Shown here one piece after another: positions 1 to 8,872 of a stretch of 64,000 nt of DNA; position 1 is the first letter of the stretch; the number at the start of each line of letters is the position of its first letter. Where the stretch lies: positions 2,976,001 to 3,040,000 of the forward strand of contig OY843751.1 of the NCBI GenBank assembly GCA_963693055.1, written 5' to 3'. The notes beneath the pieces are model-generated. The model did not search any database and was not told where the DNA came from. It was given only the letters and a program-made list of their open reading frames with translations. Position numbers and translations under genes: made by a program. Origin of the DNA: a bacterium (lineage in GTDB: Bacteria > Zhuqueibacterota > Zhuqueibacteria > Residuimicrobiales > Krinioviventaceae).

Positions 1-21
1 TGGCTTTTAATTTTCATTCAT

Positions 22-507
22 CTACTTTCGTAACCGCGATCGCGTATATTCAATTAATCCTCCAGCATCCATCACCTTCTGACGTGTTCCGGACAATGGT
101 TGTATTGCATAAGATTTACCAGTGGTTTTGTTTACGACCTGGTCATTAGCTATCTCCAGCTCATGTCCGGTTTCAGCTTCAAAATCAGGAACTGTAAAAG
201 TTTGCAAGCCAAGGTTAACTGCATTTTGCAGAAAAATTCGGGCATAGCTTTTAGCAATAACAATCAAATCATGTCCCTTTAAACAGGAAGCAGCCTGTTC
301 CCGGGAAGAACCACAACCAAAATTTTCACCTCCCACAATTATGCTTTGTGCTGTCAGCTCTCCACTATTTAATTTTGCATTGAATTGTTTATCATCCGCA
401 AAGGCATATTCCGGGGTTTCTGAAGGTAATACAGTTGCCATAAATCGTCCGGGATATATAGTATCTGTTGATATATCATTGCCTAGTTTATAAACAACTT
501 TGGACAT
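22..507 (-). CDS. Homoaconitase/3-isopropylmalate dehydratase small subunit (HacB/LeuD family)
   Basis: Motifs DISTDTIYPG, GENFGCGSSREQA, AKSYARIFLQNAVNLG; 1 nt downstream of the large-subunit stop. Confidence 0.9.
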   Translation of the reverse strand: MSKVVYKLGNDISTDTIYPGRFMATVLPSETPEYAFADDKQFNAKLNSGELTAQSIIVGGENFGCGSSREQAASCLKGHDLIVIAKSYARIFLQNAVNLGLQTFTVPDFEAETGHELEIANDQVVNKTTGKSYAIQPLSGTRQKVMDAGGLIEYTRSRLRK

Positions 508-508
508 A

Positions 509-1801
509 TTAATTCCTTTCTTGACGTGGATCAGTTATTTTGCCGGTTATTGCTGAAGCAGCAGCAGTTGCAGGTGAACACAGGTATACCTCTGCATTGG
601 GATTCCCCATTCTGCCTTTAAAATTACGATTTGTTGTTGCTAAAGCAATTTCGCCATCAGCAAGTGCACCCTGGTGAACTCCCAGGCAGCAACCACATCC
701 GGGATTCATTATCACTGCACCACTTTGTGCAAGCGTTTCAAGATAACCTTCTTCCAACGCTTTACGATATATCTTGCCTGAAGCAGGAAAAACCAGCATT
801 CTAACATCATTGGCAACTTTTTTCCCCTTTAATATCTTTGCTGCTATTTCCAAATCTTCTAATCTGCCATTTGTACAAGAACCAATTACAATCTGGTCCA
901 GTTTCACATCATTAACATTGCTGATGGGTTCAACATTATCAACTGTATGGGGACAGGCAATCTGCGGCTCAAGATTAGAGACATCTATATCCACAATCTG
1001 CTCATAAGCAGCATCTTGATCTGGTGCAACAAAATCCAATTTATCCTCTACCCCGGCTTCCTCTCGCAAATACCGTTCTGTTTCCTGATCGGCAGGTACA
1101 ATTCCAGCACTGGCGCCGGCTTCTACAGACATGTTTGAGATAGTTAATCTACCGGACACATTCATTGCCGAAATGACATTGCCATGATATTCTAAGACTT
1201 TAAATGTAGCGCCTTTGGCAGAAATTTTGCCTATAAGATATAATATAATATCTTTAGCGGCTAAAGTTTCAGGCATAATTCCATTAATATTGACTTTAAT
1301 AGTGCCCGGAACTTCCAGGTTTAATAAAGTGCCCAGGCACCATACACTTGCCATTTCTGTAGCACCTATCCCCATTGAAAAAGCACCCAATGCACCATGG
1401 CTGGTAGTATGAGAATCCGTGCCTAAAACAACATAACCAGGGCGAACATAGCCATATTCAGGTAAAATCTGATGACATATGCCCCCCACATCACCACGGA
1501 TCTCGTGAAATTTTTCAACTCCTTGCTCTTTGAGAAAATTTCTAATTTTCTTTTGATTGTTTGCAGTTTTGGAGCTTTCCGCGGGCACACGATGGTCAAA
1601 TATGATTGCAATTTTATCAGGATCCCAAACCTTTGGAGATAAATCCGTTCCTTTATAAACTTCAAAGAATTGGTTTATAACCAAAGCAGCGTTTTCATGA
1701 GACATGGCAAGATCAACAGAAGGCTCAATGATATCACCGGGTTTTACGTTTGTAACATTTGCTGCTCTGGCAAGTATTTTTTCTGCAACAGTCATTGCCA
1801 T
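509..1801 (-). CDS. Homoaconitase/3-isopropylmalate dehydratase large subunit (HacA/LeuC family)
   Basis: FDHRVP, GICHQ, GTDSHT, IGSCTNGR, PGCGCCLG Fe-S ligands, TTNRNFKGRMG; RBS GGAG upstream. Confidence 0.92.
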   Translation of the reverse strand: MAMTVAEKILARAANVTNVKPGDIIEPSVDLAMSHENAALVINQFFEVYKGTDLSPKVWDPDKIAIIFDHRVPAESSKTANNQKKIRNFLKEQGVEKFHEIRGDVGGICHQILPEYGYVRPGYVVLGTDSHTTSHGALGAFSMGIGATEMASVWCLGTLLNLEVPGTIKVNINGIMPETLAAKDIILYLIGKISAKGATFKVLEYHGNVISAMNVSGRLTISNMSVEAGASAGIVPADQETERYLREEAGVEDKLDFVAPDQDAAYEQIVDIDVSNLEPQIACPHTVDNVEPISNVNDVKLDQIVIGSCTNGRLEDLEIAAKILKGKKVANDVRMLVFPASGKIYRKALEEGYLETLAQSGAVIMNPGCGCCLGVHQGALADGEIALATTNRNFKGRMGNPNAEVYLCSPATAAASAITGKITDPRQERN

Positions 1802-1814
1802 TGTTTTTCTCCAA

Positions 1815-3008
1815 TTAAATTATACCTTCTTTTTGGAAATTATTAATTTCCTCTTTTGTATACCCTACTTGACTGAGAAGTTCATGAGTATGTTGTGATA
1901 ATCTTGGGGGAGGATTGTCAATATTTGCCGGTGTTTTACTAAATTTTGCAGTCAGATTGAACAGCTTTAACTCACCCAACTCCTGATCTTGTACTGACGC
2001 CAATGTTTGCCGATGCTGAACTTGATCTGCAGACAATGCATCCTTTAAATCCAGAATATCTCCCGATGGTACTCCTTTAGCATTTAATAGTTCAACCCAT
2101 TCAACAGTATCTTTATCTATCAATTTAACTTCAAGCAATGGAGTAAGAATTCTTCTATTCTTTTTTCGTGTATCCCGCTCTTTAAATCTTGGATCCTCCT
2201 GTAATTCGGGAATTCCCAGCACCTCAGTTACACTGCACCATTGTTCCTGTTTATTTGCGGCAATGTTAATATATCCGTCTCTGGTTTTAAACGTACCGGA
2301 GGGTGCAGCTGTAAAATTATCATTACCTAACAAGGTAGGAGCCTGCCCTCCAATTAACAGATTTGCCGCAACCCATCCCATCAATGGCATTATAGAATCC
2401 AGCAAGGCAATGTCAATAAATTGTCCTTCGCCTGTTCTTTCCCTGTAATATAGGGCAGCCATAATAGCAAATGCCGCGTTTAAGCCTCCAACCGTATCAC
2501 ATACCGGGAAACCACACCGTAAAGGATTCAAAGTTTCATCACCATTTACAGACATCACACCACTTAGACCCTGAATGATTTGGTCATATGCGGGTTTTAA
2601 CGCATCTGGTCCGGTTTGCCCAAAACCCGAAATAGCGCAATACACAATTTTAGGATTAATGGATCGAAGTGTATCATAATCAAGCTCCAACCGTTTCATA
2701 ACACCGGGTCTGAAATTTTCAACAACAACATCTGCTGTTTTTACCAGTTTTTTGAATATCTGTTTGGCATTATCATCCTTTAAATTCAGCGTTAAAGATT
2801 TTTTATTGGCATTTTGAGCCAAAAAACTGGTACCCATTAGCTTTTGGTTCAATTCGGGCATACATCCCAATTTTCTAGCCAAATCGCCATCTTTAGGATT
2901 TTCAATCTTGATTACTTGTGCACCAAGCAATGCCAAATGTAATGTACTAAACGGACCAGATAACACATTTGTTAAATCCAGGACCCTTATACCATCCAGC
3001 AACCCCAT
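1815..3008 (-). CDS. Family III CoA-transferase (CaiB/BaiF)
   Basis: LDGIRVLDLT..LSGP, GAQVIKIE, NANKKSLTLNLK, ADVVVENFRPG, catalytic-Asp region AYDQIIQ. Confidence 0.93.
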   Translation of the reverse strand: MGLLDGIRVLDLTNVLSGPFSTLHLALLGAQVIKIENPKDGDLARKLGCMPELNQKLMGTSFLAQNANKKSLTLNLKDDNAKQIFKKLVKTADVVVENFRPGVMKRLELDYDTLRSINPKIVYCAISGFGQTGPDALKPAYDQIIQGLSGVMSVNGDETLNPLRCGFPVCDTVGGLNAAFAIMAALYYRERTGEGQFIDIALLDSIMPLMGWVAANLLIGGQAPTLLGNDNFTAAPSGTFKTRDGYINIAANKQEQWCSVTEVLGIPELQEDPRFKERDTRKKNRRILTPLLEVKLIDKDTVEWVELLNAKGVPSGDILDLKDALSADQVQHRQTLASVQDQELGELKLFNLTAKFSKTPANIDNPPPRLSQHTHELLSQVGYTKEEINNFQKEGII

Positions 3009-3928
3009 TAAAGCCCTCCTTTAAGCACTGTCGGTAAACCATTTTTATATAATCTACCAGACAACTCACGTTCAAGTATATCAGAAACATCTTTAACAAA
3101 TGCAACCAACTTTTCAAGATCGGGGAGATTGTTCATTCCCATTCTTTTGAACAGATACACCAAATCCTCGGTACACACATTTCCCGAGCTTGTCTTTGTA
3201 AAAGGACATCCACCAAGACCACCAAACGCAGTTTCAAAATGCCTGACACCTGTTTGAAAAGCAGCATAACAATTTGCTATACCAGCACCAAATGTATCAT
3301 GAAAATGACATGCACCTTTAATTTCAGAATCAAGCTCATAAATTGACGTAAAATAATCCTGTACCTGATCAGGATGAGCGTATCCGGCAGTATCAGCGAG
3401 GCTGATAAAACGAAAACCGGAATCAAGATATGATTTTACAATATTCATAACTGATTCTTTGGCAATTTCACCCTCAAAACCGCATCCAAAGGCTGATTGG
3501 ACTGAAAGTTGGACCTCTTTACCGTGATGTTTTGCCAGCTTTGCCATTAAAAGAATACGTTTTAAAGCCTCATCTGTATCCATTCCGGTATTTTTCTGAC
3601 TGTGTGTTTGACTCGCAGAAACACCCATGCAAAAGAGATCAACACCACAAGCCAAACCTCTGTCAAGACCCCGTTCATTCAAAACCAATCCACTGAAAAC
3701 AATATCCCCGGAATTGAACTCAGAATCGTGAATTAATTTAAACAATTCATCAGTATCAGCCATTTGCGGAACTTTGGCAGGATGCACAAATGAACCAAGC
3801 TGCAATGTTTTAATGCCGGCATCAATCAATTTTTCAACCCACATCATTTTTTTGTCAGTTGGTATTATTTGCTGTTCAATTTGGAGCCCGTCTCGAAGCC
3901 CAACTTCATGTATGATCACACTTTGCAT
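3008..3928 (-). CDS. HMG-CoA lyase-like DRE-TIM metallolyase (3-hydroxyacyl-CoA lyase)
   Basis: HEVGLRDGLQ, SFVHPAKVPQMAD, LADTAG, HFHDTFG metal site, GGLGGCPF, GNVCTEDL. Confidence 0.9.
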   Translation of the reverse strand: MQSVIIHEVGLRDGLQIEQQIIPTDKKMMWVEKLIDAGIKTLQLGSFVHPAKVPQMADTDELFKLIHDSEFNSGDIVFSGLVLNERGLDRGLACGVDLFCMGVSASQTHSQKNTGMDTDEALKRILLMAKLAKHHGKEVQLSVQSAFGCGFEGEIAKESVMNIVKSYLDSGFRFISLADTAGYAHPDQVQDYFTSIYELDSEIKGACHFHDTFGAGIANCYAAFQTGVRHFETAFGGLGGCPFTKTSSGNVCTEDLVYLFKRMGMNNLPDLEKLVAFVKDVSDILERELSGRLYKNGLPTVLKGGL

Positions 3929-5034
3929 GCAATTGCCTCTGCCATTTCAGATGTAGAACTATTCCCCCCCATATCATATGTTCTCACTTTGCCTTCACGA
4001 ATAACGTCTGCAACTGCTTTTTCAAGTTTATTTGCCTTATCAGTTTCACCAAGATAATCCAACATCAATTTGGCCGCTAACAGCATTGCGATTGGGTTTA
4101 CCTTGTCCATTCCTGCATATTTAGGGGCGCTTCCATGAGTAGGTTCAAAAACAGCATAATTGTCACCAATATTACCACTGGAAGCAAAACCCAAGCCACC
4201 TACAAGTTGTGCCGCAAGATCAGAAATGATATCTCCAAACATATTTTCAGCAACCAGAACACCGTAATTGTCGGGATTTTTCACAAGCCACATACACATA
4301 GCATCAATATTGGTTTCCCACAATTCAATATCCGGATATTTTTTAGCAACATCACGTGCACAACGAGTCATCAAACCACCGGTTTCGCGTAATACATTGG
4401 GTTTCTCTACCAATGTAACTGTTTTATAACCAAATTTTTGGGCATATTTAAATGCCTCATTCACAATATTGGTACATCCTGCTTTGGTTACAATGCGTGT
4501 TGATACGGCAATCTCATCTGGTGGTACATTTTCAAACTTTTTCATTTTGGGATGATTTTCCAAAAGCGCTTTAAAAACAGGATCAGGTAGCGGATGAAAT
4601 TCAACTCCGGCATAGAGACCCTGTGTGTTTTCACGGAAAACAACCAGGTCAATGCCTTCTTTATGGTTCAAAGGATTCCCAATATATGCTTTACATGGGC
4701 GTAAATTAGCTCTCAGATTAAATATTTGACGTAATTTTACTATGGGCGAAAAATATTCCAGGCCTTTACCTTGTAAATGGGGTGCCAGTTCTTTTGCAGC
4801 TTCATCTTTGGGTTTTGATGTAATAGCTCCGAAAAGAGCAGCATCTGTTTGATTTAACAAGTCTATAGTACGATCAGGCAATGGGTTTCCTTCAGTTTTC
4901 CAAAATTCCCAACCGATATCACCATAGATGTATTCTGCATCAAGTTCCAGCTTGTTCAGGACAAGTTTGGCCGCATTCATCACATCAATACCAACTCCAT
5001 CTCCTGGCAGCCATGCAATTTTATATTTAGCCAT
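3916..5034 (-). CDS. Beta-decarboxylating dehydrogenase (isocitrate/isopropylmalate family), homoisocitrate dehydrogenase-like
   Basis: LPGDGVG, FGAITS...SPIVKLRQ..LRANLRP, RENTQGLY, NMFGDIISD, FEPTHGSAP. Confidence 0.88.
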   Translation of the reverse strand: MAKYKIAWLPGDGVGIDVMNAAKLVLNKLELDAEYIYGDIGWEFWKTEGNPLPDRTIDLLNQTDAALFGAITSKPKDEAAKELAPHLQGKGLEYFSPIVKLRQIFNLRANLRPCKAYIGNPLNHKEGIDLVVFRENTQGLYAGVEFHPLPDPVFKALLENHPKMKKFENVPPDEIAVSTRIVTKAGCTNIVNEAFKYAQKFGYKTVTLVEKPNVLRETGGLMTRCARDVAKKYPDIELWETNIDAMCMWLVKNPDNYGVLVAENMFGDIISDLAAQLVGGLGFASSGNIGDNYAVFEPTHGSAPKYAGMDKVNPIAMLLAAKLMLDYLGETDKANKLEKAVADVIREGKVRTYDMGGNSSTSEMAEAIACKV

Positions 5035-5054
5035 GATTAATTCCTTAAATTCAA

Positions 5055-6380
5055 TTACATGTCATCAAAAACCTGTTTTAAAATATCCAAACAACAGTCA
5101 ATATGCTCTTTTTCTACAACCAACGCAGGTGCAAAACGTATAGAATTGGGTCCGCAGCCTAAAATGATTAGCCCCTTATAAAAGGCTTTGTCAAGAATTT
5201 CATTACGTTTCTGGGCATCAGGATCCAATGATTCATCATCCTTGATGATTTCAATGCCAACCATCAATCCTTTTCCTCTTACATCGCCAATAAATGGATA
5301 CTCGGCGGCCATTTCTTCGAGTCGTCCTATAAGATATTCACCCATCGTGGCTGCATTTTCAATTAATTCAGCTTCAAGTAATTCTATGGTTTTTAAAGCA
5401 GCAGCACAGGATACAGGATTACCGCCAAAAGTAGAAGCATGCGAGCCATATGGCCAATTCATAACATCACTTTTAGCAATAATAGCTCCAAGCGGCATTC
5501 CGGATGCAATACCTTTTGCGACACAGATAATATCAGGTTCTAAACCATAGTGTTCGCTGGCAAAAAACTTGCCTGTACGTCCCATACCTGCCTGAATTTC
5601 ATCGGCAACAATGAGAAAACCATGTTTTTCAGATAGTTTTTTCAAGCTATCAACATATTCTTTAGGTGGGACAATGTATCCACCTTCACCCTGAATAGGT
5701 TCAAAAAACACAGCGGCAACTTCTTCCGGAGGGACCGTTTTTTCAAAGATCGTATTTTCCAGATATTTTACACATTCGAAATTACAGGAGCCGTATTTTT
5801 GACCAAAAATGCATCGATAACAATATGGATAAGGAATATGGGTCACATCCGGCAGCAAGGGAGAAAATCCTGCTTTTTGCACAACTTTACTTCCTGTTAG
5901 TGACAATGCACCGTAGGTACGACCATGAAAAGCGCCAGTATAGGCCAATAAACGTGTACGCTTGGTATTATAACGGGCAAGTTTAATAGCCGCTTCAACC
6001 GCTTCCGCACCGGAATTTGTAAAAAACACGCGTTTTCCTGAATTTCCGGGAGCATTTTCAACCAGTTTTTTAGCTAATTCAGATTGTACCGTATAATAAA
6101 AATCAGTTCCTGACATATGTAACAGGTTGTCAGCCTGATCTTTAATAGCTTGAACGACTTGAGGATGACAATGTCCTGTTGAACAAACAGCAATACCACT
6201 ACAAAAGTCGAGAAACTCGTTACCATCAATGTCCTCTAAAATCACACCTCTTCCCTTTTCCGCGACACACGGAAAATCACGGGTATATGATGGAGAAACG
6301 TACTGATTGTCGGTTTCAATAACTTTTTGAGCTTTTGGGCCCGGTAAATTTGTCTTGATATTTGGATATGGATATGTCAT
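5055..6380 (-). CDS. Class III PLP aminotransferase (ornithine/lysine omega-aminotransferase-like)
   Basis: LPGPKA, LDFCSGIAV, NSGAEAVEAA, FHGRT, EPIQGEGG, DEIQAGMGRTG, AKGIASG; start moved to ATG 6380 (GAAAGG RBS; avoids overlap with the ALDH gene). Confidence 0.88.
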   Translation of the reverse strand: MTYPYPNIKTNLPGPKAQKVIETDNQYVSPSYTRDFPCVAEKGRGVILEDIDGNEFLDFCSGIAVCSTGHCHPQVVQAIKDQADNLLHMSGTDFYYTVQSELAKKLVENAPGNSGKRVFFTNSGAEAVEAAIKLARYNTKRTRLLAYTGAFHGRTYGALSLTGSKVVQKAGFSPLLPDVTHIPYPYCYRCIFGQKYGSCNFECVKYLENTIFEKTVPPEEVAAVFFEPIQGEGGYIVPPKEYVDSLKKLSEKHGFLIVADEIQAGMGRTGKFFASEHYGLEPDIICVAKGIASGMPLGAIIAKSDVMNWPYGSHASTFGGNPVSCAAALKTIELLEAELIENAATMGEYLIGRLEEMAAEYPFIGDVRGKGLMVGIEIIKDDESLDPDAQKRNEILDKAFYKGLIILGCGPNSIRFAPALVVEKEHIDCCLDILKQVFDDM

Positions 6381-6393
6381 AGCAAAGCCTTTC

Positions 6394-7938
6394 TCAATCA
6401 AATTGAATACCTTGCGCAAGAACCGTCTCTTGGCTCCAGTTAATTGTGTTTGTTTGTCTTCGCATATAGCCTTTCCAGGCATCTGATCCGCTTTCACGAC
6501 CTCCACCGGTCTCTTTTTCACCTCCAAAAGCGAGACCAATTTCGGCACCACTTGTTCCCAGGTTCACATTGGCAATACCACAATCGGAACCGGCATAACT
6601 GAGAAATGTTTCTGACTCTACCAGATCGTTCGTAAATATTGATGAACTGAGCCCCTGTGGTACATCATTTTGAATTGATATTGCATGTTCGATTGTACCA
6701 TCATATTTTAACAGATATAAAATTGGTGCAAATGTTTCTTCCTGAACAATATCCATTGAATTTTCAACCTCAGCAATTGCAGGTTTTACATAACATCCAC
6801 CCGGATATTCATTCTCATCCAAGGGCTCACCACCATATATCAGAGTACCGCCTTGTTCACGAATCTGTTGAATTGCTTTTTGCATCGTTTCAACGGCTAC
6901 TGTATCGACCAAAGGCCCCATTAGAATATTTTCATCCATAGGATTTCCTATAGTAATACGATTATAATAATCCAACAATTGTGTTTTAAATCTATCATAT
7001 ATTGATTCGGCAATAATTACCCTTCTGGTTGAAGTGCATCTTTGACCTGCTGTTCCAACTGCACCAAACAATACATTTTTTGCCGCAAGTTCTAAATCTG
7101 CCTTGGGAGTTACTATTATTGCGTTATTTCCACCCAATTCAAGTATCGTTTTACCCAGTCGTTCTCCAACTGTTTTAGATATATGTTTACCCAGGCGTGT
7201 TGAACCGGTATAACTGACAAGATTGATACGTTTATCATAATTTAATAGATCCCCAATTTCAGAACCTTTACCAGTTATCAGTGTCGCAATACCCTTAGGT
7301 GCATCGTTAGCTTCAAGTACTGCTTCAAGTATTTTTTGACATGCTATGGCAGTCAATGGAACAGGAGATGCTGGTTTCCATACACAAACATCACCACAAA
7401 CAAGTGCTATACTAAGGTTCCAACTCCAAACAGCAACCGGGAAATTAAATGCAGAAATGATCCCTACAACACCAAGTGGATGCCATTGTTCATACATACG
7501 ATGTTTAGGGCGTTCACTATGAGTCTGTACACCATATAACATTCGGGATTGACCACATGCATAATCACAAATGTCAATCATTTCCTGGACTTCTCCCCAA
7601 CCCTCTTGAATAGATTTACCCATCTCCAGAGTAACCAATTTACCAAGGGCGTCTTTTTTCTCGCGAAGCGCAACCCCCAATTGCCTTACAATTTCCCCTC
7701 TTTTAGGAGCTGGTACTTGTTTCCATTGTAAAAATGCATGCTGAGCAGATTTGATAACCATATCATAATCTTCTTTACTTGCCTGTTTTACCTGAGCAAT
7801 ACGTTCACCAGTTATTGGTGATAAAACATCCATAACAGTTCCATTTCCAAACCATTTTTCTCCATCAAAAACACCGTCATTAACATCTTTTAAATCCAGA
7901 GCTTTTAATACTGCGGTTATTTCATCCCGGATTTTCAT
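6394..7938 (-). CDS. ALDH7/antiquitin-type aldehyde dehydrogenase (2-aminoadipate semialdehyde / piperideine-6-carboxylate dehydrogenase-like)
   Basis: ISAFNFPVAVW, LELGGNNA, GTAGQRCT, and the family-typical tail GAEIG.AFGGEKETGGGRESGSDAWK.YMRRQT. Confidence 0.9.
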   Translation of the reverse strand: MKIRDEITAVLKALDLKDVNDGVFDGEKWFGNGTVMDVLSPITGERIAQVKQASKEDYDMVIKSAQHAFLQWKQVPAPKRGEIVRQLGVALREKKDALGKLVTLEMGKSIQEGWGEVQEMIDICDYACGQSRMLYGVQTHSERPKHRMYEQWHPLGVVGIISAFNFPVAVWSWNLSIALVCGDVCVWKPASPVPLTAIACQKILEAVLEANDAPKGIATLITGKGSEIGDLLNYDKRINLVSYTGSTRLGKHISKTVGERLGKTILELGGNNAIIVTPKADLELAAKNVLFGAVGTAGQRCTSTRRVIIAESIYDRFKTQLLDYYNRITIGNPMDENILMGPLVDTVAVETMQKAIQQIREQGGTLIYGGEPLDENEYPGGCYVKPAIAEVENSMDIVQEETFAPILYLLKYDGTIEHAISIQNDVPQGLSSSIFTNDLVESETFLSYAGSDCGIANVNLGTSGAEIGLAFGGEKETGGGRESGSDAWKGYMRRQTNTINWSQETVLAQGIQFD

Positions 7939-7948
7939 ACCAACTCCT

Positions 7949-8737
7949 TTATTTTTGATAAATATTTCTCAAAATATGGAAATCATTGCCAAAAATTGAT
8001 TTTGCCTGTTCTTCCAATCGATTTATTAATTTCCAGCTATAAATATCATGTTTTATAAAATCTTTTGCTACCCCTACCAGACTTTCATTTGCGGTCAATA
8101 CACCAATATTACTTTTTTGATCAGAAATAATACCTTGTAACAAATAAGAATTATCTACAACCAAAGTAAATTCTCGTCCACCCTTTTCTTTTATTTTCTC
8201 TTCTTCCAAAAGATGATGATAAACCGTTCCAAAATCCAATTCAAGGTGACCATATTGTACAATTGCTATATTTTTATTTTGCTTTTCTCGCAGCTTTTCC
8301 TGTAAAAGCAATAATTCTTCTTCCCAACAGAACAAGAGAATCTCAGTTTGGCAATTGAGAATTAATTCATTGGCTTTATTAATCAAATCTTCACGGGAGT
8401 TGATATCCCAAATATAATGAGATGATACTCCTTTGGCCTCCGGAAGATGCTTTTTTAAAAGATTGATTGATGCAGTTGTATCATCCTGGAAGCGTTTTAA
8501 CAATATTTCAATATCAATTGGAATATATTTAACAGGATCGGTTTGAATGGGAGAAATAACAGATTTCTCTAACAGCTTGTTGATAACTTCATAAACTTTT
8601 GATGGGGGAATCCCTGAACGTTTAGCTAATTCATAACCTGTAATTGGATTTTTTTTAACAAGTGCAACATAAGCTTTTGATTCATATTGAGAAAACCCAA
8701 ATCTAGCAAGATTTTCCATAATAATTGATATTGGCAA
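7949..8737 (-). CDS. TrmB-family transcriptional regulator
   Basis: N-terminal wHTH FGFSQYESKAYVAL...GYELAKRSGIPPSKVYEV plus C-terminal effector domain; TTG start with AAGGAG RBS 6 nt upstream. Confidence 0.88.
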   Translation of the reverse strand: MPISIIMENLARFGFSQYESKAYVALVKKNPITGYELAKRSGIPPSKVYEVINKLLEKSVISPIQTDPVKYIPIDIEILLKRFQDDTTASINLLKKHLPEAKGVSSHYIWDINSREDLINKANELILNCQTEILLFCWEEELLLLQEKLREKQNKNIAIVQYGHLELDFGTVYHHLLEEEKIKEKGGREFTLVVDNSYLLQGIISDQKSNIGVLTANESLVGVAKDFIKHDIYSWKLINRLEEQAKSIFGNDFHILRNIYQK

Positions 8738-8751
8738 AACGAACTCCTTAT

Positions 8752-8797
8752 TAACTACCCTTGTAGTTATTATATAAAAAGTTCATAGAATTGTCAA
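8752..8797 (-). promoter_or_regulatory. Consensus sigma70 promoter with overlapping palindromic operator
   Basis: Minus strand TTGACA (8792-8797), 17 nt, TATAAT (8769-8774); perfect inverted repeat TAACTAC-cctt-GTAGTTA at 8752-8769 spanning the predicted +1. Confidence 0.8.
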
Positions 8798-8826
8798 GAC
8801 AAATTTCTAATATTTAAAAAATAGAT

Positions 8827-8859
8827 AAAAAAAGGCCGCTATTTAATAATAACGGCCTT
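8827..8859 (-). terminator. Rho-independent terminator of the Tat oxidoreductase gene
   Basis: Minus strand AAGGCCGTTATT-loop-AATAGCGGCC followed by T7. Confidence 0.75.
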
Positions 8860-8872
8860 ATAGTGGTATGAA

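Noticed and set aside
22-5034. Ordinary leucine biosynthesis operon (leuABCD)
   Set aside because: The DRE-TIM protein is HMG-CoA-lyase type with no LeuA regulatory domain, the dehydrogenase lacks the LeuB signature, and the flanking genes are lysine-catabolic types with no ilv genes.
6381-6551. 57-aa N-terminal extension of the aminotransferase given in the ORF track
   Set aside because: It overlaps the conserved ALDH C-terminus; family similarity and an RBS begin at ATG 6380.
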